This document shows, one piece after another, positions 8,096 through 17,345 of a stretch of DNA of 64,000 nucleotides. The notes under the pieces were generated by a model, which had not been told where the DNA came from, searched no databases, and saw only the letters and a list, made by a program, of their open reading frames with translations. The translations under genes and the position numbers were made by a program. Each line of letters starts with the position of its first letter. The stretch's first letter is position 1. This DNA is from Flavobacteriales bacterium (GTDB taxonomy: Bacteria > Bacteroidota > Bacteroidia > Flavobacteriales > Flavobacteriaceae). Location: the NCBI GenBank assembly GCA_027024205.1, contig JALVST010000102.1, positions 12,987 to 76,986 of the forward strand. Direction: 5' to 3'.

Positions 8096-8683
8096 ATGCC
8101 CCGTAAAAAAACACATATCAGAAAAGAAGAAATCAAGCAAGCGTTTCTGAAAATCATTAAAGAATCGGGGATCAAGGCGGTTTCCACCAAAAATTTGGCA
8201 GCGGAAATCGGTTTGTCCGAAGGCGCCATTTTTCGTCATTTTAAAAAGAAAAGTGATATTATCCGGTCTATCATTGATGATGTATCCAAAGATTTAATCG
8301 AGACACTCAAAGAGACCGCCGGCAGTTCATTGGAACCGGAAAAAAAATTGGAAAAATACCTTTGTGATACGATAAACTATTTAATGGATAATAACGGGAT
8401 TACCATTTTATTACTCTCTGAAGCCACTTACAATAACGACAGTGATACCTTAGACCAATTACGCTATATTTTTAATTCCGAAAGGTATTATTTCGAGCAA
8501 ATTATACAAGAAGGCATTGCAAAAGGAATATGGCGTGAAGGCATCCGGATTGAAGAAATTTCTTTTTTGTATATGGGGATCCCCATAACATTCAATATCA
8601 GTTTGGTATTGAATTTATACCGGTTTGACCGCCGGCGGTTTTGCCAAGATATGATTGCACAGATTTACCGTTTAATCGGTTGA
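8096..8683 (+). CDS. TetR/AcrR family transcriptional regulator
   Basis: 195 aa with an N-terminal HTH (VSTKNLAAEIGLSEGAIFRHFKKK). Confidence 0.9.
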   Translation: MPRKKTHIRKEEIKQAFLKIIKESGIKAVSTKNLAAEIGLSEGAIFRHFKKKSDIIRSIIDDVSKDLIETLKETAGSSLEPEKKLEKYLCDTINYLMDNNGITILLLSEATYNNDSDTLDQLRYIFNSERYYFEQIIQEGIAKGIWREGIRIEEISFLYMGIPITFNISLVLNLYRFDRRRFCQDMIAQIYRLIG

Positions 8684-8728
8684 GCTATAAAGTATTTAAA
8701 GAAGTAACTTATCCCCTTCCGGTTTGTT

Positions 8729-9391
8729 TTATGCAATCGCATTATCCTTGTCATTCAATACTTTATCTATTTCTTTTTGATAAGAAGGTTTTTGTTTTTT
8801 ACCGAAAATTCGTTTGTTAAACAAAATCAAGATAGCCACTCCTATGGTTATCGCACTATCGGCCAGATTAAAGACGGGTTCAAAGAAAGTAAATTGCTTA
8901 CCCCCCACCAAAGGAAACCATTGGGGCAAATGCACTTCAAAAAGCGGAAAGTAAAACATATCGACGACGCGTCCCTGAAACCAGGGCGCATAACCGCCGC
9001 CTTCGGGTAAGAATTGTGCCACGTGATGAAAACTGTCAGAAAATAAACGGCCGTAAAAAACCGAATCAAGGATATTACCAACCGCTCCGGCAAAAATCAG
9101 ACTGACAGCCACTATTAATAAACCGGACTCATTCTTTTTTATACTGGTATAAAGCCAATAAAAAATCCCTGTAATAGCAATCAACCGGAAGGCTGTCAAA
9201 AATAATTTGCCTGCTTTACCACCGAACTCCGTCCCAAATGCCATCCCGTTATTCTCTATGAAATAAATCTTAAACCAATCAAAAACCGTGACGGATTCTC
9301 CGAGTAGAAAATGAGTTTTGACATAAATTTTAATAACTTGATCCAAAAGCACTACGCCAAAAACCAACCACAAGGATTTTTTAAGATTCAT
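8729..9391 (-). CDS. lspA: lipoprotein signal peptidase (signal peptidase II)
   Basis: 220 aa, four TM helices, and NxGxAFG plus NILDS/FNLAD Asp motifs. Confidence 0.9.
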   Translation of the reverse strand: MNLKKSLWLVFGVVLLDQVIKIYVKTHFLLGESVTVFDWFKIYFIENNGMAFGTEFGGKAGKLFLTAFRLIAITGIFYWLYTSIKKNESGLLIVAVSLIFAGAVGNILDSVFYGRLFSDSFHHVAQFLPEGGGYAPWFQGRVVDMFYFPLFEVHLPQWFPLVGGKQFTFFEPVFNLADSAITIGVAILILFNKRIFGKKQKPSYQKEIDKVLNDKDNAIA

Positions 9392-9398
9392 AATTATC

Positions 9399-9767
9399 TT
9401 ACTTATTCTGATTTATTTTGGCTTCAATACTCAACGTGGCATGCGGCACGGCTCTCAAACGGTCTTTGCTGATGAGTTTTCCGGTTTTACGGCAAATACC
9501 GTAAGTTTTGTTTTCAATACGAATCAAAGCATTTTCCAAATCCCGAATGAATCGCTCCAAACGTCCGATAAGTCTCAAATTGGATTCCCGTGCATAAGTC
9601 GATGCACTATCTTCAAAAGTAACGATTTTGGTCTGAGTCATATCATTGTTATCCAGTAAAGAACGTAAAATACTGATATCTTTTCTGGCACGAGCTATTT
9701 TTTGATTGATTAATTCTTTAAACTCTTGTAATTCTTCGTCCGAATATCTTTTTTTTACTTCACTCAT
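9399..9767 (-). CDS. DksA/TraR family regulator (single-Cys, non-zinc variant)
   Basis: 122 aa. Coiled-coil N-terminus and C-terminal YGICRKTGKLISKDRLRAVPHATLSIEAK. It lies 7 nt upstream of lspA. Confidence 0.8.
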   Translation of the reverse strand: MSEVKKRYSDEELQEFKELINQKIARARKDISILRSLLDNNDMTQTKIVTFEDSASTYARESNLRLIGRLERFIRDLENALIRIENKTYGICRKTGKLISKDRLRAVPHATLSIEAKINQNK

Positions 9768-9880
9768 AATTCATTTTTTAAAATTTGGATAAAATTAACA
9801 AAAAATAAAATATATAAAACGGTTTTTAACACAATTATTTGTTCAATTGTCAAATCACTCTATAAACACTTGACATTTAA

Positions 9881-11356
9881 TCAATAAGCTTTAGCAAACA
9901 ATACACGTTGCTTGGAAGGTTTGCCCGATAATATATCGATACCTTCTTCCGGTTTATTGTCAAAAGGGATACAACGAATGGTCGCTTTGGTCAGTTCCTT
10001 TATTTTTTCTTCCGTTTCGGGCGCTCCGTCCCAGTGTGCCGATACGAAACCGCCTTTGTTTTCCAAAACATCTTTAAATTCGTCAAAATTATTGACTTCG
10101 GTTATATGTGTATTGCGATAATCTTCGGCTTTTTTAAAGAGATTTTGTTGTATATCATGCAACAAATTTTCAATATATGTATCCACTCCATCCATTGAAA
10201 CCACTTCTTTGGTTAACGTATCACGGCGGGCTACTTCAACGGTATTATTTTCCAAGTCACGCGGTCCTATGGCCAAACGCACTGGCACACCTTTGAGTTC
10301 GTATTCGTTAAATTTCCATCCGGGTTTATAGTTATCGCTGTCATCATATTTAACACTGATACCTTTGGCTTTGAGTTTGGCAATGATTTCATTTACTTTT
10401 ACAGTAATATCTTTCAATTGGGCTGTTTTTCTATATATCGGGATAATAACCACTTGAACGGGAGCTAATTTAGGAGGTAAAACCAAACCGTTATCATCGG
10501 AATGGGTCATAATTAATGCCCCCATCAAGCGGGTGGACACCCCCCAAGAAGTAGCCCAAACATACTCCAATTTTCCTTTTTTGGACAAAAATTTAACGTC
10601 AAAAGCTTTAGCAAAATTTTGTCCTAAAAAGTGCGATGTTCCGGATTGCAAAGCTTTACCGTCTTGCATCAAAGCTTCAATAGTATAAGTTTCTTCTGCT
10701 CCCGCAAAGCGTTCCGACTCGGTTTTAACCCCTTTAATAACCGGCATAGCCATAAAATTTTGAGCAAAATCGGCATAAACATTGATCATTTGTTCAGCTT
10801 CGGCAATAGCCTCTTCACGGGTTTCGTGAGCCGTGTGACCTTCTTGCCACAAAAATTCAGCTGTTCGCAAAAACAAACGGGTCCGCATTTCCCAACGCAT
10901 AACATTAGCCCACTGGTTGACCAAAATAGGCAAATCACGATACGATTGAATCCAGCGTTTATAGGTATCCCAAATAATAGTTTCGGAAGTAGGACGTATA
11001 ATCAGTTCCTCCTCCAATTTGGCCGTAGGATCCACTTCAATATCTTTTCCGTCAGAGGTTGTCCGCAACCGGTAATGGGTTACCACAGCCGCTTCTTTGG
11101 CAAAACCATCGACGTGTTTGGCTTCCTTACTAAAATATGACTTGGGTATCAAAAGCGGAAAATAAGCATTTTGATGACCGGTTTCCTTAAACATCTTATC
11201 CAGTTGGGCTTGCATTTTTTCCCAAATGGCATATCCGTAAGGTTTGATAACCATCATACCGCGAATGCCGGAATTTTCAGCCAAACCCGCTTTGACAACC
11301 AATTCATTGTACCATTTTGAATAATCTTCACTGCGTTTTGTCAGTTTTTTGCTCAT
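9881..11356 (-). CDS. proS: proline--tRNA ligase (archaeal/eukaryote-like class II type)
   Basis: The listed ORF extends to 11425 from a TTG. The ATG at 11356 gives [20 protein letters not shown], the usual N-terminus, and a 491-aa protein. Confidence 0.95.
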   Translation of the reverse strand: MSKKLTKRSEDYSKWYNELVVKAGLAENSGIRGMMVIKPYGYAIWEKMQAQLDKMFKETGHQNAYFPLLIPKSYFSKEAKHVDGFAKEAAVVTHYRLRTTSDGKDIEVDPTAKLEEELIIRPTSETIIWDTYKRWIQSYRDLPILVNQWANVMRWEMRTRLFLRTAEFLWQEGHTAHETREEAIAEAEQMINVYADFAQNFMAMPVIKGVKTESERFAGAEETYTIEALMQDGKALQSGTSHFLGQNFAKAFDVKFLSKKGKLEYVWATSWGVSTRLMGALIMTHSDDNGLVLPPKLAPVQVVIIPIYRKTAQLKDITVKVNEIIAKLKAKGISVKYDDSDNYKPGWKFNEYELKGVPVRLAIGPRDLENNTVEVARRDTLTKEVVSMDGVDTYIENLLHDIQQNLFKKAEDYRNTHITEVNNFDEFKDVLENKGGFVSAHWDGAPETEEKIKELTKATIRCIPFDNKPEEGIDILSGKPSKQRVLFAKAY

Positions 11357-11422
11357 TGTAAAAATTTTGGTATAATTGTTGTATGAAATAAATAAAATCG
11401 TCTTTGCCGACAAATTATTTTG

Positions 11423-11430
11423 CAAAGCTA
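11423..11430 (-). promoter_or_regulatory. -7 promoter box TAGCTTTG
   Basis: Matches TAnnTTTG upstream of proS. Confidence 0.4.
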
Positions 11431-11468
11431 ATTATTTTTATTAAATTTATCTTTAAAAATTTTGTTTT

Positions 11469-12854
11469 ATGAAATCAACTGCCATTTTCCGTTTCCTATA
11501 CACCGGACTATTAATTCCGGCCTTGATATTATTCCTGTCCTCCTGTGACAGTTATTATAATGTATCGGCTTCCGACGGTATTTATGATGATAATTCTCCT
11601 GCATATACTTCAAATGACAAACAACCGGCCAAAAAGACCGTTAAAAAACAAACGGCAATCGTTAAAGAAAAAACCGGTTCAAATCATTCAAATAAAAATA
11701 ATTCGTCTACTTCAAACGGTTTTTACCAAGAATATTTTAAAAATAAAGCCCGGTTATACAATGAAATAACCGAAGATGACATCATAACGGATGAAGATGA
11801 TTATTATTATGACGACAATTCGCAAACATATGATGATAACGACGATTATTATGTAACTAAAAAAGAAGTTTACATACACAATTACTATTATGATCCCTTT
11901 TACTGTGATCCTTGGTATTACCGTCCTTATTACTACCGTCACTACTACCATCCTTATTGGTCCGGGTTCCATATTTATGTAGGCACTGGGGTGTTTTTCA
12001 ATTGGGATTACGGTTGGTATGACCCTTATTATTACGACCCTTATGCTTATTGGGGATATTATCCGAGTTACTACGATTATTACTACGGCGGGTACGGGTA
12101 TTACAACAATTATTATTACGGACCGGTTTACAACAGTTATTATTTCCGCCACAGACGTCGCGCATATGTAAGAGGCAGACGTAATTATTACCGGCATTTC
12201 AGTCGTAGAAATTCATTGGCTTCCCGTCGCAGTGTGACCAATGGAAGAAGACGAGACGGTAACAATTTGTCTCCCGGTCGCACGGAACATACCGGTCATA
12301 CGGTAAGAACAGGAAGAACAGAAAGGGATAACAATGCCAACAAATTTGATCGTAAAGACAGAAATAATACCGTAAATACCCATACCGGTAGAGTAGATAG
12401 AACCGGTAGAAACACTAATACCGGAAGAACCGACAGAACAATAAGAACCGACAGAACAGGTAGAGATAACAGTCGTCAAACGCGTCCGGGAAGAATTTAC
12501 CGGGACCGCAGCAACCGGACAACGAAAACCGGAAGAAACAGTCGTGCTATCCGTCATTCACGATACAATTACGGAACCTCCCGTTATAAACGACGGGATA
12601 GCTATACGCCTCGAACAAACCGGACAACGAGAAGAACATCGCGAAGTAACAGTACAATTTATCGGCTGTCCGCTTCAACGGAACACAACAGAAGTTCACA
12701 TAATAATTATAGACACTCTTCCGGCAGTTCACATTCCTTCTCAAGGCCTTCAAGAAGTTATTCTTCAAGCAGGTCTTACTCTACCAGCCGGAGTTCTTCT
12801 TCGGGGCATTCGTCCGGTAGCCGTTCGTCACACGCCTCCGGCAGAAGACGTTAA
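11469..12854 (+). CDS. low-complexity lipoprotein with an acidic segment, a Tyr-rich core and an Arg/Thr/Ser-rich basic tail
   Basis: 461-aa uninterrupted ORF with lipobox LFLSSC and its own terminator at 12864-12886. No family recognised. Confidence 0.6.
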   Translation: MKSTAIFRFLYTGLLIPALILFLSSCDSYYNVSASDGIYDDNSPAYTSNDKQPAKKTVKKQTAIVKEKTGSNHSNKNNSSTSNGFYQEYFKNKARLYNEITEDDIITDEDDYYYDDNSQTYDDNDDYYVTKKEVYIHNYYYDPFYCDPWYYRPYYYRHYYHPYWSGFHIYVGTGVFFNWDYGWYDPYYYDPYAYWGYYPSYYDYYYGGYGYYNNYYYGPVYNSYYFRHRRRAYVRGRRNYYRHFSRRNSLASRRSVTNGRRRDGNNLSPGRTEHTGHTVRTGRTERDNNANKFDRKDRNNTVNTHTGRVDRTGRNTNTGRTDRTIRTDRTGRDNSRQTRPGRIYRDRSNRTTKTGRNSRAIRHSRYNYGTSRYKRRDSYTPRTNRTTRRTSRSNSTIYRLSASTEHNRSSHNNYRHSSGSSHSFSRPSRSYSSSRSYSTSRSSSSGHSSGSRSSHASGRRR

Positions 12855-12863
12855 ACTTTTTTA

Positions 12864-12886
12864 AAACGCCCGGAAGGGCGTTTGTT
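12864..12886 (+). terminator. intrinsic terminator hairpin
   Basis: AAACGCCC-ggaa-GGGCGTTT followed by GTT, 10 nt after the stop codon. Confidence 0.55.
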
Positions 12887-12936
12887 ACAAATAGATGTAT
12901 CGATTAAAATTATTCCGAATTTAAAAAAAAACTTGT

Positions 12937-14466
12937 ATGAAATACTTATATACAACAGTCATCTTATTTTTTGTTTCAATATCCGTAAAAGCCCAATCTT
13001 TTGAAGATGCATGGCGTTATCATCAAGACAATTTAACCGGGACAGCACGTTTTATGGGAATGTCCGGGGCTTTCAGTTCGTTGGGTGGTGACCTGAGTGC
13101 CATCAGTCTTAACCCTGCCGGCGCCACTACTTTCACTACCAACAGACTGACCGGAACATTTTCTTTATTTTACAATACTGATAACAAAGCCGGTTATTTT
13201 GACCAATATAAACAATCCGGCTATTCTTCCATAGACGACAGATTTATAGGAATAGACCAATTCGGAGCGGTTTGGGTTTTTAAATCCGATGTCAGTGATT
13301 GGAACAAAATAGCTTTTAGTTTTAATTACAATAAAGACGCTTCATTCGGTAATGATATTAAAATTGCCGGAATCAATAAAGCCGGTCATTCCGCTACAAC
13401 TTATTTTGTAGAAAATGCCAATGGCATCCCTTTAAGGGATTTGGAAATTGTTGACGACTACACCGCCGATTATCAATGGTTAGGTGAAAATTACGATTAC
13501 GGCGCCCAACAAGCCTATTTGGGATACCAATCTTATGTCATCAATCCCGTTGACCCTAACGATAATGATAATACGCAGTATGTACCCAACGCCGTATATA
13601 ACAAAGTCAGACATTACAACAGAATTGCCAGCACCGGACACAAATCACACTATGACATTGTCATGGCCGGAACTTATCAAAACAAGTTACAATTAGGTTT
13701 CGGTTTTACAGGATACAATATTGATTATGTTGAACGAAACAGTATTGAAGAAGATAATTATAATGCTACATCAGATTTACAATACTTAAAACTACAAAAT
13801 ACTTTACGGGTAGAAGGTTCGGGATACGGTATCAAGATGGGCGCTATATATAAAATAGCCGACGGATTCAAATTGAGTATAGCTTACCACTCACCGCAAT
13901 GGTTGGAAATCAATGAATATATGAAACAAGCCATACATACGGAAATGAATAACGGCGACGTTTTTGATATCAAACCCGGTATTGAAAATGAATTTGCACC
14001 TTATAAAATCATCACGCCTTCAAAATTTATTGCCGGTGGTTCGGCCGTTATCAAAAAAAGAATGGTTTTATCGGTCGATTATACTTATCAAAATTTGGCT
14101 CATTTGCACTTTAAAGAAAAAGATGCAGACGCCGATACAACTTATTTTGACAATTTGAATGACGATATTGAAAATACCATGCAAGCAGTTCATAAACTCA
14201 ATGCCGGTATTGAAGTCAAATTGGACAAATTATTCTTGCGGACAGGTGGTTTTATGGCTACTTCTCCCTATAAAAACAACAGTGATTTGTATGCATTTAA
14301 AGGTTATTCGGCCGGAGCCGGGTATAATTTCGGTCTATTTACGTTGGATTTTGCTTTTGTTCACAGGGATGGACATGTTTCAAAAAATCTATTAACTTTA
14401 CCGGATAATGCCAACGTAAATAATATATTTAACAATTATTTACTTGGTATTCGCTACAACTTTTAA
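12937..14466 (+). CDS. outer-membrane beta-barrel protein, FadL/OMPP1/TodX-like
   Basis: 509 aa. Signal peptide ...SVKAQS, N-terminal GTARFMGMSGAFSSLGGDLSAISLNPAG motif and C-terminal LLGIRYNF. Confidence 0.6.
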   Translation: MKYLYTTVILFFVSISVKAQSFEDAWRYHQDNLTGTARFMGMSGAFSSLGGDLSAISLNPAGATTFTTNRLTGTFSLFYNTDNKAGYFDQYKQSGYSSIDDRFIGIDQFGAVWVFKSDVSDWNKIAFSFNYNKDASFGNDIKIAGINKAGHSATTYFVENANGIPLRDLEIVDDYTADYQWLGENYDYGAQQAYLGYQSYVINPVDPNDNDNTQYVPNAVYNKVRHYNRIASTGHKSHYDIVMAGTYQNKLQLGFGFTGYNIDYVERNSIEEDNYNATSDLQYLKLQNTLRVEGSGYGIKMGAIYKIADGFKLSIAYHSPQWLEINEYMKQAIHTEMNNGDVFDIKPGIENEFAPYKIITPSKFIAGGSAVIKKRMVLSVDYTYQNLAHLHFKEKDADADTTYFDNLNDDIENTMQAVHKLNAGIEVKLDKLFLRTGGFMATSPYKNNSDLYAFKGYSAGAGYNFGLFTLDFAFVHRDGHVSKNLLTLPDNANVNNIFNNYLLGIRYNF

Positions 14467-14486
14467 CTGATATATTTTATTATTCT

Positions 14487-15281
14487 ATGAAACGATTCTT
14501 ATTATTTGTTTTTTTTCTGGCTAATTTTAATCTTTCAGCGCAAGAAGCCATACCGCTCGGGGTTAATTCAATGATTAACATGTTTCAATATGAACTGAGC
14601 AAAAAGTTCGGAGCGGAAAATATAAGTATTGATGATAAAATTTATATAAAAAATTATGTCGGTTCGCCGTTATTATTAAGTAAATGGTCCAAAGCCGAAG
14701 CATTATTTAATGATGGTAACTTATATACGATACCTAATGTTAATTATGACGCATTGGATGATATTTTCATAATTTATCTGAAAAATTATAAATCTGAGTA
14801 TGACCAATTTGCATCCGAAGATTTTCCATTGGTTTCTTTAACAAACGAAAGCCTGATTGCCATAGCTTTAAGCAATAATGAAGATGGTACGGTTCGCTTT
14901 GTCCGGGTTTCACCGGGGCATTTTATCAACAAATCGAAAACAAGATTTTTTCAATATTTTACCGTCAAGCCCAAAGATGCCTTGATATTAAAAAGCGTCT
15001 ATAAAAAGGTAAGAAAAAATCATATGAGAGACATGCCTTACACCAATAATCTCGACGAGTATCAATTTTTAACTTTTGACACCTATTATATCAAAAATAA
15101 AGATAAATTTTTTACCCCTGTACATCTCGGCAAAAAAGCAATTTTAAAAGCTATCGACGACCCCTCAGCCGAAAAAGCTTTGAAAAAATACATTAAAACG
15201 CAACATTTGAAGATGAAAAAACCGGAAGATGTGCAAAAACTATTGGAGTATTACTTTAAAGAATTGAGAAAATCAAATTAA
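14487..15281 (+). CDS. secreted hypothetical protein
   Basis: 264 aa with signal peptide MKRFLLFVFFLANFNLSAQ. It starts 20 nt after the barrel gene. No family recognised. Confidence 0.5.
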   Translation: MKRFLLFVFFLANFNLSAQEAIPLGVNSMINMFQYELSKKFGAENISIDDKIYIKNYVGSPLLLSKWSKAEALFNDGNLYTIPNVNYDALDDIFIIYLKNYKSEYDQFASEDFPLVSLTNESLIAIALSNNEDGTVRFVRVSPGHFINKSKTRFFQYFTVKPKDALILKSVYKKVRKNHMRDMPYTNNLDEYQFLTFDTYYIKNKDKFFTPVHLGKKAILKAIDDPSAEKALKKYIKTQHLKMKKPEDVQKLLEYYFKELRKSN

Positions 15282-15284
15282 CTT

Positions 15285-16343
15285 TTATTTTTTTTCTTTC
15301 CCGGTCTCTTGTTTTTCAAAAACATTTTCGATCAATTCCGAATATTCTTTTCGTTTGCGAAAAATATCAATTGCTTTAAAAACAGCTTCTCTGAAAGAGT
15401 CCGGGTCGGCTAAATTTTTGCCGGCAATTTCATAAGCCGTGCCATGATCCGGTGAGGTTCTGACTTTATTCAAACCAGCCGTAAAATTTACCCCTTTACC
15501 AAAACTCAATGTCTTAAACGGGATAAGACCTTGGTCATGATACATGGCCAATACGGCGTCAAATTTTTTATAATTGCCACTACCAAAAAAACTATCTGCA
15601 GCATAAGGTCCAAAAGTCATATAACCTTCTTCTTTTAATTTCTTAATTGCCGGACGTATAAGCTCATCATCCTCCTTACCTAACAAACCGCCATCACCAC
15701 AGTGCGGATTCAATCCCAATACGGCAATCAAAGGTTTTTCAATACCGAAATCCTGTATCAAACTGTGATTCATGGTTTTGATCTTGTCCTTGATTTTTTC
15801 TTCCGTGATTTGTTGTGCCACATATTTCAATGGTAAATGACCGGTTACTAATCCTACTTTTATATCGTCCGATATCATAAACATCAACGCCCTGCCTTCC
15901 AGTTCCTTAGCCAAATAATCGGTATGTCCGGGAAAATCAAATTCATCACTTTGAACCGTTTCCTTGTTAAAAGGGGCCGTAACCAACACATCTATTTCGC
16001 CGCTTTTTAAGGCTTCAACCGCCTTAACAAATGACTCTACGGCATAACGTCCTATCTCTTCTGTCGGTTTTCCGGGAGTCATGGGAACCGGCTCCCGCCA
16101 TAAATTCAATACATTCAATTTATTGGGAAAAGCTTGGTGAATCTGTTTGATGCCGTGTAAATCTATTTTTAAATTTAACAATTTTTTCTGGTAAGAAAGT
16201 GCCTTAGTCGATGCAAATACAATAGGGATGCAAAAATCAAACATTTTATGATCTTGAAAAGTCTTTAAAATCACTTCGGCTCCTATCCCGTTTAAATCGC
16301 CAACGCTAATACCGACTTTTATTTTGTTCTTTTTGTTTTTCAT
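15285..16343 (-). CDS. pdxA: 4-hydroxythreonine-4-phosphate dehydrogenase
   Basis: The listed ORF extends to 16379. The ATG at 16343 gives MKNKKNKIKVGISVGDLNGIGAEVI. GHTDYLA and SPDHGTA motifs are present. Confidence 0.92.
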   Translation of the reverse strand: MKNKKNKIKVGISVGDLNGIGAEVILKTFQDHKMFDFCIPIVFASTKALSYQKKLLNLKIDLHGIKQIHQAFPNKLNVLNLWREPVPMTPGKPTEEIGRYAVESFVKAVEALKSGEIDVLVTAPFNKETVQSDEFDFPGHTDYLAKELEGRALMFMISDDIKVGLVTGHLPLKYVAQQITEEKIKDKIKTMNHSLIQDFGIEKPLIAVLGLNPHCGDGGLLGKEDDELIRPAIKKLKEEGYMTFGPYAADSFFGSGNYKKFDAVLAMYHDQGLIPFKTLSFGKGVNFTAGLNKVRTSPDHGTAYEIAGKNLADPDSFREAVFKAIDIFRKRKEYSELIENVFEKQETGKEKK

Positions 16344-16367
16344 ACGGCAATATTGTCTAATTGCATA

Positions 16368-16375
16368 CAAAAGTA
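16368..16375 (-). promoter_or_regulatory. -7 promoter box TACTTTTG
   Basis: Matches TAnnTTTG, 24 nt upstream of the pdxA ATG. This supports the 16343 start. Confidence 0.5.
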
Positions 16376-16385
16376 GCAAAATTTA

Positions 16386-16420
16386 GTGGAAAGTTAAATG
16401 TTAAATGTTAAAAGTAATGC
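16386..16420. repeat. heptad array (GTGGAAA GTTAAAT GTTAAAT GTTAAAA GTAATGC)
   Basis: Five degenerate 7-nt units, seen directly in the sequence. Confidence 0.75.
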
Positions 16421-16490
16421 CGCTTTTGTCAAAACGGTTCTTAAAAGTATTATTAATTTGATAAATATAAAGCGGTTTTTATCATATTTT

Positions 16491-17219
16491 TTATCTGAAT
16501 TTGACCTTAAAATCTAACATTTCAGGATTTTTCATCAAACTGTCCAAAGGGACTTTTATATGCACGGATTTACCGTCAGCGGCTATCAAAGCATCTTTGT
16601 AAGTAACCTCGTCTATTTTATAAGGGAAATGGTAAACTATTTCGTATTGGATCATTTTTAACATCTTTTCATCGCCTCCAGCCGGCCTTTTTACGGCCCC
16701 TTCGGTTTTTCTGACCATTCTATGAAAACCGTGTTTGTTAAATTGATATAAAACTTGATAACCGGGTGTCATGTCATTTTTCATTTCTTTTACACCCTTT
16801 TTGTTATACGAATTTAATTTATTTAACTTTTTATAAATTCCGGATAAATCCGTCACATTTTTAAACGGTATTTCATAACTAAAATACATCTCATCTTTTG
16901 ATTCATCGACATGCATATGAATTTTGGCATCTTGCAAACTTTTGAGAAGTTCTTGTTCTTCCTCGGGCAAATTCCTAATACTGTCTTTGTTTCGTTTCAT
17001 CATATCGCCAAAAAGAATAATCGTATCGTTTTTTTTCACTACTTTGTTCTTTTGGATACTGTCATTTCCGGTCATACCGTTAAACATTTGTGTTATACCA
17101 CTCATATCTACTTTAAAATTATAAGTTCCACTACCGTTTTTATTGAAATATACTTCTTCCGCAATTTGACAAGAACTCAATACCAGCAAAGGTATAATCA
17201 GGAATATCAATTTTTTCAT
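16491..17219 (-). CDS. hypothetical lipoprotein
   Basis: The ATG at 17219 gives MKKLIFLIIPLLVLSSCQ (lipobox). About 242 aa. No family recognised. Confidence 0.55.
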   Translation of the reverse strand: MKKLIFLIIPLLVLSSCQIAEEVYFNKNGSGTYNFKVDMSGITQMFNGMTGNDSIQKNKVVKKNDTIILFGDMMKRNKDSIRNLPEEEQELLKSLQDAKIHMHVDESKDEMYFSYEIPFKNVTDLSGIYKKLNKLNSYNKKGVKEMKNDMTPGYQVLYQFNKHGFHRMVRKTEGAVKRPAGGDEKMLKMIQYEIVYHFPYKIDEVTYKDALIAADGKSVHIKVPLDSLMKNPEMLDFKVKFR

Positions 17220-17318
17220 AATGATATGTTTTTTATTTCTTTTTACCTTAACGAACAAAAACAATGCCTGTTACATTTTTTATCTCATAATCTTTTCTGC
17301 AAATTAAAATTAATACTC

Positions 17319-17326
17319 TAACTTTG
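17319..17326 (+). promoter_or_regulatory. -7 promoter box TAACTTTG
   Basis: Matches TAnnTTTG, 19 nt upstream of gpmI. Confidence 0.5.
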
Positions 17327-17345
17327 CATTCTAAAATAAAAATCA

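Noticed and set aside
10631-11140. 169-aa ORF antisense to proS, and similar long antisense or alternative-frame ORFs (5361..5744, 22488..22919, 30743..31240, 33466..34083, 38170..38679, 40511..40954, 46156..46524, 59803..60207)
   Set aside because: Each lies entirely inside a gene with strong family signatures on the other strand or frame, and each has unnatural composition. These are typical shadow ORFs.
11754-12864. ORFs 11754..12197 (-), 12213..12557 (-), 12544..12864 (+) and 12547..12768 (-) overlapping the Tyr/Arg-rich gene
   Set aside because: The Ile/Val-rich and Ser/Val-rich translations are the mirror image of TAT/TAC and AGA/CGN codon runs. Only the 11469..12854 frame has a lipoprotein signal, spans the whole tract and is followed by a terminator.
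16386-16420. The possibility that the heptad arrays, here and at the other listed sites, are CRISPR arrays or minisatellite coding repeats
   Set aside because: The unit is only 7 nt with no spacers, the arrays are at most 50 nt long, no cas genes are in the window, and a 7-nt period cannot be a coding repeat.
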